IMG/VR virus record: IMGVR_UViG_3300011441_000020
Location: 1 to 42,048 of that record
DNA length: 42,048 nucleotides
Direction: 5' to 3' (one strand)
Source: a virus
Taxonomy: Duplodnaviria; Caudoviricetes
Positions within the stretch are counted from its first letter, which is position 1. Each line of letters opens with the position of its first letter. Under the pieces are notes generated by a model. It was not told the origin of the DNA. It searched no databases and was given only the letters and a program-made list of their open reading frames with translations. Positions 26,165-34,364 of the stretch are shown piece after piece. The position numbers and the translations under genes were made by a program.

Positions 26165-27672
26165 ACTAAATCAGCTCCAAGAATGATTTCGTCAATATTC
26201 ACAACTGCAATTGTATTTACACCCATATAAAATGACCAGGGTGCCCACCTAATAGCTTTATGATCTAATCCATTACCATAATTGCCTGCTAAAAGTCTAC
26301 GATCAGTCATAATACAATATATTTCTTTTTGAATAGGAGCATTTATAATCTGAATTCTACCAAATAAATTTCTATCTTGCTGTTGCCAAAAATGTTCTAT
26401 TTTCCAACTCACTTCAGGAGTTGCATATCTACCATTAAATAGACTAATTCCTTGATATGTGCATATAATAAGAAAATCTACTGAACTACTTCCTGAATCG
26501 AGAACAGTAGCTATTCCATGAACACTTGTTCCAAGAGCATTATCTACAACTACTAAAGGCCAAGAAGATGGAACATCTTCATTATCTACATACGATACAG
26601 TTCTTGCTCTTTTGAAGACGTATAAAACGTCTCTTAAATCTTGTGCGTTAGTAATCGGATTACCATCTAGAGGTACTACTATTAAACCATCAATTTGACT
26701 AATCGCTTCAGGTTCACCAACATTTGAGATTAATAACAATGAAATATCAGTGAATGTACAACCCAGAACAAGTCTATCATGATATAGAGATAGGGTAGCT
26801 CCGGCTGGAATTTCTGTATAATTATCAAATAAATGACTTGCATCATCTAAGAGATCAGCATCATAAAATGAGATATCGTTTAAGAATGTATCTACGTTAT
26901 TTGGAATAATAGCTCCAGGTACAAAAAAGTAAGTATATCCTTGTAAATCACCATTGAATGTTGGTAATACTATAGTAGCAACTAGATGCCTTCTAACAAC
27001 GTTAGGATCACCACTTGTAGGAATAGAACCAAATGAAACAGAATTAGCTGGACTAGTAGTAAATTGTGTTAGAATACTGGGTGGAGATAAATAACCGGAG
27101 ATAGTTTCAGAAACAAATCCAAATAAATGTAATCCAGCATCGGTATGTCCTGCTGCACCATTTGCAACAGTCATACTGCCAGACATTCCTACACCAGCCG
27201 CTTTACGCGCAGCAGTTCCATCACCAGCATACACATAAAGAAACTCGCTAGCTAAACCTTTTTGAAAAGTTAAATCACCATTTGTATAATCACTAAAAGG
27301 AGAGATATAACCTCTACCAGCATATGATACGAAAGCAAAATCAGTCATACCTGCAATAGTTAATAGAGGACCAAAAACAGTAGTTGAATTAACTACATGA
27401 AATATTTTACCATCAACTCCATCATATGTTAAAACTATTAGTGTATTAGCAGTTTGTGTAGGATAATTATAAACTCTTTTAACATTTGTTAGAGGAACGG
27501 CTACATTCTGACTAATTCCAATTCCAGGTCTAGTTCCAAATGAATTACTACCAATATATCTTACATTATTACATTCTTGAAAGTGATCTGGAGGTGTAGA
27601 ATCTCTATCTCCACGGTCCCACAGACCATTAAATTTGTCTAAAACTAATCCTTCATGATCTCTAACAGCCAT
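26161..27672 (-). CDS. Tail nozzle / tail tubular B (P22 gp10-, T7 gp12-like beta-propeller)
   Basis: FNGL...NV...RPG at the N-terminus; YHDRLV, ISNVGEPE, LYVFK blade patterns; follows the adaptor. Confidence 0.7.
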   Translation of the reverse strand: MAVRDHEGLVLDKFNGLWDRGDRDSTPPDHFQECNNVRYIGSNSFGTRPGIGISQNVAVPLTNVKRVYNYPTQTANTLIVLTYDGVDGKIFHVVNSTTVFGPLLTIAGMTDFAFVSYAGRGYISPFSDYTNGDLTFQKGLASEFLYVYAGDGTAARKAAGVGMSGSMTVANGAAGHTDAGLHLFGFVSETISGYLSPPSILTQFTTSPANSVSFGSIPTSGDPNVVRRHLVATIVLPTFNGDLQGYTYFFVPGAIIPNNVDTFLNDISFYDADLLDDASHLFDNYTEIPAGATLSLYHDRLVLGCTFTDISLLLISNVGEPEAISQIDGLIVVPLDGNPITNAQDLRDVLYVFKRARTVSYVDNEDVPSSWPLVVVDNALGTSVHGIATVLDSGSSSVDFLIICTYQGISLFNGRYATPEVSWKIEHFWQQQDRNLFGRIQIINAPIQKEIYCIMTDRRLLAGNYGNGLDHKAIRWAPWSFYMGVNTIAVVNIDEIILGADLV

Positions 27673-27674
27673 AA

Positions 27675-28370
27675 CTAATAACTAACTCCACGCCTTTTGA
27701 AGGAATGTCTAAATGGTCTACGTCTAGTAACAATAGATTGCATACCTTTAATTGGAATACCTAATGCTCGACTTAAAGCAGTTCCAGTCAAGGAATCTAA
27801 TGCTAAAGCACGAGACTCATTCTCGGCAATAAACATAGCACAAAGAGCACCAGTCTTATATTCAAGATATGTCTTAACATTAGTAAATGGAAGATTCACA
27901 TTAATATCTTTAATTAAGATAGGAGTATTAAATATAGAACCAATATAATCAATTTTAAGATCATTATCTGAATTTGCAGCAGTGAATCTGATTCGACCTT
28001 TTTCTAATGCCCAAACCAAAAATTGAGAAATTAAAGTAGCATTTTCAATAGCATGGGGAATAAATTCATTTTTAGTCACTGGAATCCAAGCATTTATGCC
28101 AGTAGGTGATTCCCATAGTTGTTTAATTTCAATTAAATCACTTGGAAGTGCCGGATTTGTGTCATGTCCTAATCTATCAATTCCAGCTTTAATCTTAATA
28201 GATGCACTAGTTTCATGAGTTACTGGGATATCATTTAATTCAAATGTCTCTTGTAATTCATCTAAAGCTAGATTAAAATATGGCAGACAGACAATATTTG
28301 TATATTGTGTTTGGGATGGATCATTCATTAATCCAGCAACAGTAGTGATTATTTCACTTGGTTTGGGCAT
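27675..28370 (-). CDS. Head-tail adaptor / tail tubular A
   Basis: N-terminal helices (FNLALDEL), ALPSDL; position before the nozzle. Confidence 0.7.
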   Translation of the reverse strand: MPKPSEIITTVAGLMNDPSQTQYTNIVCLPYFNLALDELQETFELNDIPVTHETSASIKIKAGIDRLGHDTNPALPSDLIEIKQLWESPTGINAWIPVTKNEFIPHAIENATLISQFLVWALEKGRIRFTAANSDNDLKIDYIGSIFNTPILIKDINVNLPFTNVKTYLEYKTGALCAMFIAENESRALALDSLTGTALSRALGIPIKGMQSIVTRRRPFRHSFKRRGVSY

Positions 28371-28563
28371 CTGGTTCCATCAGTCCTAGAATAAGAATAT
28401 CAGTATTATTTCCTTCTTTATCTTTTTTAGTATATAAATATTTACCTAAAGTACTAATGCAAAGCTCTAATTTTTGAGCATTACCTTCTTTATCAATTAA
28501 ATGAAATTCTATCTCATCTCCAGAACATCTATGAATATCTTCTAAAAGATCAGTAATTAACAT
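28354..28563 (-). CDS. Hypothetical protein
   Basis: 69-aa ORF in the operon. Confidence 0.55.
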   Translation of the reverse strand: MLITDLLEDIHRCSGDEIEFHLIDKEGNAQKLELCISTLGKYLYTKKDKEGNNTDILILGLMEPDAQTK

Positions 28564-28564
28564 A

Positions 28565-28924
28565 TCATGACCAAATCAATCTAGCCCCAATAATATCACT
28601 CGCAACATCTAACACTAAACTAACAAACGTTGGATCTAAACTTAAACTACTGGGATCAGTTAAATGTAATGGAATTCCAGTATCACCTGCTACGCCTTTA
28701 AGAGTAATAATACTTGTGTTACCAGATGGTGGAATAATTGTTAATCCTGTAATCACGATTCCACTAACAACAGGTGGAGTAATAGTGTTAGGACCAGATA
28801 CTAATGTTAAAATATCATATTCAGCTGGAGATACATTATTAACTAGTGAAGATGTAAGTACTTCAGAACTTACATCTCCAGAGAATTCAACTTGAATTGT
28901 TCTACTTGATGTGACTGACATCAA
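28565..28924 (-). CDS. Small beta-rich virion protein
   Basis: Ser/Thr/Val-rich; AGGAG RBS. Confidence 0.55.
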   Translation of the reverse strand: MMSVTSSRTIQVEFSGDVSSEVLTSSLVNNVSPAEYDILTLVSGPNTITPPVVSGIVITGLTIIPPSGNTSIITLKGVAGDTGIPLHLTDPSSLSLDPTFVSLVLDVASDIIGARLIWS

Positions 28925-28929
28925 TTCTC

Positions 28930-29637
28930 CTATACTGCAAACTTCAAGTCCTTCGCCATTGGATGTGTAGGATCAATTAACTTACAGCTAGGACAAATTG
29001 GATACTCAGGATTTCTCATTCCACCACAACCAATGCAGCGAATGAGTTCAGAAATCTGAAAGTCTTTAAGCCATGCTTTATTATCATAATTTAAGCTGCG
29101 GGCGGCCATACGCATTTCGTCTGAAATAGTAAGTGGATTACCGTTTGTTCTAGCCCATAGTGAATCAGCTAGTTTAACTAAAACATTATACCAATTATCT
29201 TGCTTAGCTTTAGTTTCATCTAACTTATCTTTATACTTCGTTTTAATTTCCATAACACTCTGAACACCTAAAACAAAAAATAATCCAGGCATAGCAGATT
29301 CCATATTACAACCTAACATACCATTACAATAATCTTTAATTACAGAGTCAGCAATCTGAATACTACTAGTAGGAATTTCTAGCATAGGTTGGTCGAGATC
29401 AATTTCTCTCCACCAAGAACTTGGACCGACAACTAAAATTGATGGATTTTCGTATGTTCCAGGTTCAATATGAAATTTTCCAGGCTCAATAGTATATTTA
29501 ACTTCATTAATTTCTTTAGGAAGTATAGATACAATAGTGCATTTATCCATAGGATTCTTCATTGAACGAATCATTTTACGATTGTTCAAAAAAGAATTTG
29601 AAAATTCTCCAACTTGTCTCAAATCACCGATTTCCAT
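28930..29637 (-). CDS. Hypothetical protein with C-terminal Zn ribbon
   Basis: CIGC...CPSC. Confidence 0.75.
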   Translation of the reverse strand: MEIGDLRQVGEFSNSFLNNRKMIRSMKNPMDKCTIVSILPKEINEVKYTIEPGKFHIEPGTYENPSILVVGPSSWWREIDLDQPMLEIPTSSIQIADSVIKDYCNGMLGCNMESAMPGLFFVLGVQSVMEIKTKYKDKLDETKAKQDNWYNVLVKLADSLWARTNGNPLTISDEMRMAARSLNYDNKAWLKDFQISELIRCIGCGGMRNPEYPICPSCKLIDPTHPMAKDLKFAV

Positions 29638-29655
29638 TGTTTTTCCTCTTTGGTT

Positions 29656-30198
29656 CTAGTGAACCAGTTTGCTTTCTGACTCTTTAGCAACAGTAACTCC
29701 AGTTCCATAAGCTAAATGATCACCAACATCAGTTTCATTACCAAATAATTCACCTTGTACTTTTTGCACATTTGCCATTCTTTGTTCTTCACTTACATTT
29801 GGATCTTTATATTTAACATGTCCCCTATAACCCATTTTTTCATGCAGACTATCAATTACAAAGACACAACCATCATAAAAAGGAGGAAGATAGTTTTGAA
29901 ATCGGTCTTGAAAGACCCAAGCTGGCTCATATGAAGTCTTTTCAACTAGATCAGTTTCTCCAGTAACAGGAACTAATCTTTCTAAAATATAACGAGCTTC
30001 AATATATTGTTTATATTTAGGCAATTCACGCACTTCAAGATTAATTAATTCAAATCCATCATCAGTAAAACTAGTCCATCTTTTTTCAAATTGATCTTCT
30101 GACCAAACTACTCGAAAATTAGGCCTATTATCCATATGCTTACCAAAATTCTTTTCTAACTTATAGTTTATGCTTTCAATTGATTCTCGAAGCTCCAT
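29656..30198 (-). CDS. Hypothetical head-module protein
   Basis: 180 aa; FRVVWSE, YILER. Confidence 0.7.
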   Translation of the reverse strand: MELRESIESINYKLEKNFGKHMDNRPNFRVVWSEDQFEKRWTSFTDDGFELINLEVRELPKYKQYIEARYILERLVPVTGETDLVEKTSYEPAWVFQDRFQNYLPPFYDGCVFVIDSLHEKMGYRGHVKYKDPNVSEEQRMANVQKVQGELFGNETDVGDHLAYGTGVTVAKESESKLVH

Positions 30199-30680
30199 TA
30201 CCTTTTTCCTTGGAGAAAGTTTGCTGAAGGAGCTACACCTCTAGGTCTTCGTAATTGAATATCAGTAGCTCCAGTTTGAGGATCACTCATAGATAAATTA
30301 TTTGCTAAAGATCTATTTCTTTCAGACTGAAATGCTTCCATTTCATATGGACGCTTACTATATTCACCTTGAGGTAGGAATGCTTGAAGTGCAGTTCTAT
30401 ACCAAGGAGTTTCTTGAGCTTGTTTAGAATGAGTTAATTCGTGAGTTACAGTATTTGATAAATCATTTTCAGATTGTCCTTGTAGTGCTTCAGGATTATA
30501 ACGAATATTACCAGTAAATGGATTAGTGATAGCTTGAGCACCTCTAGGTAAAAATATACGTTCTAATGGATTACCAGTAGAAGGAGTCATAGTGACAGGT
30601 TTTACACTTGGATTCTCAGCTTGAATTTTAGCGAGAATCCTCTGCATCGACCTATCTAATTCTGATCTATCTTGTGGCAT
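30198..30680 (-). CDS. HExxH zincin-like metallopeptidase (DUF4157-like)
   Basis: THELTHSKQ...PYEMEA. Confidence 0.75.
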   Translation of the reverse strand: MPQDRSELDRSMQRILAKIQAENPSVKPVTMTPSTGNPLERIFLPRGAQAITNPFTGNIRYNPEALQGQSENDLSNTVTHELTHSKQAQETPWYRTALQAFLPQGEYSKRPYEMEAFQSERNRSLANNLSMSDPQTGATDIQLRRPRGVAPSANFLQGKR

Positions 30681-30691
30681 TTTGTTTTAAT

Positions 30692-30770
30692 GAGCTGCTC
30701 TCAATTAGCTTCCCCAGCAGAAAAGTCATCCAAAATGAATGACTACCCTACAACTAAGAGAGAGCAGCCC
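30692..30770 (-). terminator. Long branched stem-loop after the decoration gene (terminator, attenuator or processing site)
   Basis: GCTGCTCTC...GAGAGCAGC outer stem with inner AGTCATTC/GGATGACT hairpin; no U tail. Confidence 0.45.
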
Positions 30771-30777
30771 AACTCAA

Positions 30778-31416
30778 TTAATTACCCTGAACGTAAGCGA
30801 TATTCACGTCAAATCTACCAGCAGTAAGAGCACCGGCTGCAATAGTCATAGTCATTCTTGCAGCAGCAGTTAACTTATAGTATGTTGCAGAAGTGAAAAT
30901 AGGAATAAGAACTAAAGTAGTTCCAGCAGTCCAAGAAGCAACAGCAGTTGCAGCTTTTAATGCAGCTACCTGAGCACCAGAACCAAATCCTAATGCAGTT
31001 GTATTAGCAGCACCAGTTAATGTAGTAGTAATATCAATAACACCACCTAGAATAATAGCACCTAAAGGAATAGTTGGAGAATTAGTTGGAGTGATAGTAG
31101 AAATTGCACCACCATCAACAGCAAAATCATACGTCATCTTAGCATTACCAATAGAACCTAATCCACCAAGTGCAGAAACAGCACTACCCATATTAGACCA
31201 GATAGGAGATGCAAGAGTTCCAGTATTAATATAGAGAACAGCATTAAGATAATCAATTAAAAGACTACCAGGACCAGCTTTACCTACGAAGCTACCAGAT
31301 GTTCCACCAACAGGAGGACCAGATAGTGTTAAAATACCTACGTTATTATTTAATAAATCCTTAATCATCCCCCATACGTTAAGTTTAGCAAAAGCTCCGA
31401 TCCTTGACTCAGGCAT
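30778..31416 (-). CDS. Capsid decoration/cement protein (likely start MPESR)
   Basis: GPGSLLID...LYINTGT, YDFAVDGG; GGAG RBS before ATG 31416; follows the capsid genes. Confidence 0.65.
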   Translation of the reverse strand: MPESRIGAFAKLNVWGMIKDLLNNNVGILTLSGPPVGGTSGSFVGKAGPGSLLIDYLNAVLYINTGTLASPIWSNMGSAVSALGGLGSIGNAKMTYDFAVDGGAISTITPTNSPTIPLGAIILGGVIDITTTLTGAANTTALGFGSGAQVAALKAATAVASWTAGTTLVLIPIFTSATYYKLTAAARMTMTIAAGALTAGRFDVNIAYVQGN

Positions 31417-31516
31417 TAGATTCTCCAGTCTCAAAGACCATTGGCAGAATGCCAACAGAGTTGCGCGTTAACGGATGCGCGCCCCCCATTAATTGATTAT
31501 GAATCGTTTAAAAGAT

Positions 31517-31831
31517 CTAAACGACTGCCTTGACCCACCATTTAGTTGACACAGGGTCATAGCATAGATCAATAGGACGATTTTGGATAGGCTGATATGC
31601 AATCTGAATATTACCAGCAACAGAGAATACACCAGGAGCAGCGTTAGTAAAGCAAAGTGTAACTTCACAATATCCACTAACAGGAGGAATTAAATTGATC
31701 AAACCAACAGTTCCAGTAAGGAAAGTAAATTTTCCAGTAGGAGTAACAGTAGCAGCAGAAGCAATAGTTTTGGGTGTAGGCTGTTTATCACTCTGTACAG
31801 TAGAAAAATCTTGGAACACATTATCAGGCAT
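31517..31831 (-). CDS. Small capsid-associated protein
   Basis: TIASAATVTP; directly after the major capsid gene; AAGGAG RBS. Confidence 0.65.
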   Translation of the reverse strand: MPDNVFQDFSTVQSDKQPTPKTIASAATVTPTGKFTFLTGTVGLINLIPPVSGYCEVTLCFTNAAPGVFSVAGNIQIAYQPIQNRPIDLCYDPVSTKWWVKAVV

Positions 31832-31844
31832 TGTTCATTCTCCT

Positions 31845-33098
31845 TTAATATCCAGAAGGAACTGCAAGGGCATCAATATACGCAGTAGCAGCAGGATTTA
31901 ATAGGAATGTCTGAAATCCAACTACCATATAGAAGATATCAGCCGCAGCTACTCCACCGCTTGGTCCGCGGAGTTCAAAGATTCTACGACCATCAGATGT
32001 GTAAAATCCAATGGGAAGAATCTCTGCACGACCCCAGATTGAGCTAACTATAAAATCAATACGTGACTTATTCCAATTAAAGTGAGTCTTAATAGGAGCA
32101 CCAGCAAGCTGCATATTATCACCAAAATATAGATTAAGTGCCTCATCCTTAGCCGCCTTATGAATAATGGACACTAACTGTCCAATTTCCTCATAAGCCT
32201 GTGCCTGACAGGGATGCGTCCAAGCTGTAGGATCGAAATTATTATCAATACCAACTCGATTACCAATCTTATTAATAGCTAAACGAGGTAAAGGTAAAGA
32301 TAAAGCAGAACTTCCACCATTGACTCGGTTTGACCGAATTTCAGGTGTAGTTGCTCTATCATAACCTAACCATGTACCAGTAGAAGCATTAGAGTGATGA
32401 TATGGAACACCATACAAAGCAGGTAAAGCACTAGGATTAGAAATACCATCAACAATTAATACGTCAGTAGCGATAGCACCAGCAATAGCAGGAGTAACAC
32501 TAATCTGCTTATTCTCAACATCCCATAGAGTAATAACGCCTTTACCTCTAAACGTTGCAAGAGTAGCATCATAAACCTGAACAACCTGATCATATCGAAC
32601 TAAACGAGCACCAAAATCAGTAGATAAAGTATATGTATCAACACCACCTGCTGTAGCAACAACAGAAATAGTTCCTACCTGACCAGTTCCTGGCTGCTGT
32701 AACTGTGCATCAAGCTGTCGCTTGATTTCTACAGTCGCTCCTGCCGTTAATCTACGAACGGCATTGATTACAGCCTTTCGACGGTCATCAGTAGACCACT
32801 GAGTTAATTTAGTATATTCAATATTTTCTGATAGAAACACAGGGCGAAGAACGGCTTTTTCCCAAGTAGGACCGCCGCCACGGCCCATATCTCCACCATC
32901 AGGATTGAAATACTGGAAACGTCCACCTGGACGTAATTCCATTGGAGCACGCATTTCACGATATGAGACTACTTCTACATCACGCTTCTTAATATTAGCA
33001 AAGAAAGTGTCGTCACTCTCAAAAACAGTTGTAACCTTCGGTAGAACCCTTTCAAGTTCTGTTCCAGCAACAACTGATTCTACAACTGCACCTGGCAT
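31845..33098 (-). CDS. Major capsid protein (HK97 fold)
   Basis: 417 aa after the scaffold; GAGGTG RBS; GTGQVG, WLGYDRAT motifs. Confidence 0.88.
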   Translation of the reverse strand: MPGAVVESVVAGTELERVLPKVTTVFESDDTFFANIKKRDVEVVSYREMRAPMELRPGGRFQYFNPDGGDMGRGGGPTWEKAVLRPVFLSENIEYTKLTQWSTDDRRKAVINAVRRLTAGATVEIKRQLDAQLQQPGTGQVGTISVVATAGGVDTYTLSTDFGARLVRYDQVVQVYDATLATFRGKGVITLWDVENKQISVTPAIAGAIATDVLIVDGISNPSALPALYGVPYHHSNASTGTWLGYDRATTPEIRSNRVNGGSSALSLPLPRLAINKIGNRVGIDNNFDPTAWTHPCQAQAYEEIGQLVSIIHKAAKDEALNLYFGDNMQLAGAPIKTHFNWNKSRIDFIVSSIWGRAEILPIGFYTSDGRRIFELRGPSGGVAAADIFYMVVGFQTFLLNPAATAYIDALAVPSGY

Positions 33099-33131
33099 AT
33101 TCAGTCACCTCAAAGTCAAAAGTTAATGGGA

Positions 33132-34364
33132 CTAATCTCGGGCAAAAAAGTCAGCTACAGATTCACCCTTTTTCATCTCATTCTTACCTTTTGGCTGAGA
33201 TGGTCGGCCAGCAGCAATTATTCTCCTATTAGGAGAAGTTTCTTCTTCTTTCTCTTCCTCTTTTTTACGAGGAGTTAAATCTTTTAGGGCTTCTGCCCTA
33301 GCCTTTAGAATTGCGTTCCTCAATCCACCTTTAGCTTTACCTAAGTAGAAGGACTGAATTCTCTTCAGAGATTCCCTAGAGAACTTAGAGTCAAATGCGG
33401 CTCTCCAGAGCTTATCTAAGTTCTTAGCAGTAGAGGGATCTTGTCTAATAGTAGAAGTCAGAATCTTCATGGCATCAGATATAGCATTCTTCTTAACATA
33501 ACCACTCATAGCACCTTTAGGATCAATATATTCAGTTATTGTTGCTCGTAATGTATTATCAATTTTCGACTGTAAGTCATCACGAGAAGACTCAAATCGT
33601 TCTTGAACAAAAGAGAGTCGTTCTTTCTCAACTTCGTTATCTTTTGTTTCAGCAGAACGATCAACTCGATTAGTTGGAGCAGTAAACTTACTAGAGCCAA
33701 ATACAAATTGATTAACAAATAAAGCAGCCTGTCTCAAATCATCATTATTAGTATCATTAGCTTCTTTAACCATCTCCATGATAAGACGCTTATTCAAATT
33801 ACCAATAACATGAAAATATGCTTCCTTATCAACCTTTGCTAATGTTGGAAGATAATCATCTACAATAATATTGAAAGCTTTCTCATCAGTATCTTTAACA
33901 TTATTTAAAATTTCTTCAGTACTTCCACTTAATAATTGTGTTTCAAAATTATTGAATACTTCAGCCTTTTCAGCTACCTCTTTAGCATCATCAAAAGATC
34001 CAAATAATTCAGTATATTCCTTATCTCTATAGAGCATCTTCTCTAAGAATGGGAATTTCTTAAATAGTTCAGGATATTCTTTTAAAATTTCCTTCTTTCG
34101 AGGTGGAGCATTAATTTCAAGTTCTTCATCTGGCTTAGCCAGATCAATTTTTTCAATTTCTTCATCTGCTTCAATTAACTCTAAATCATCATCCTTAACT
34201 TCAGGTTCTTCATCATTATCTTTTTCTTTATCCCTCTTAGGCTCTTTTACTTCCTTTACTTCTTTTACTTCTGGTTCATTATCTAGTTCCTTAAATAAAT
34301 CATTGATATCATCAGCCGTCTTAGCTGATGGCTGCTTAGCTTCAGGCGATAGGATTTCGGGCAT
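33132..34364 (-). CDS. Scaffolding protein
   Basis: Acidic N-terminus, helical body, basic C-terminus; between portal and major capsid. Confidence 0.7.
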   Translation of the reverse strand: MPEILSPEAKQPSAKTADDINDLFKELDNEPEVKEVKEVKEPKRDKEKDNDEEPEVKDDDLELIEADEEIEKIDLAKPDEELEINAPPRKKEILKEYPELFKKFPFLEKMLYRDKEYTELFGSFDDAKEVAEKAEVFNNFETQLLSGSTEEILNNVKDTDEKAFNIIVDDYLPTLAKVDKEAYFHVIGNLNKRLIMEMVKEANDTNNDDLRQAALFVNQFVFGSSKFTAPTNRVDRSAETKDNEVEKERLSFVQERFESSRDDLQSKIDNTLRATITEYIDPKGAMSGYVKKNAISDAMKILTSTIRQDPSTAKNLDKLWRAAFDSKFSRESLKRIQSFYLGKAKGGLRNAILKARAEALKDLTPRKKEEEKEEETSPNRRIIAAGRPSQPKGKNEMKKGESVADFFARD

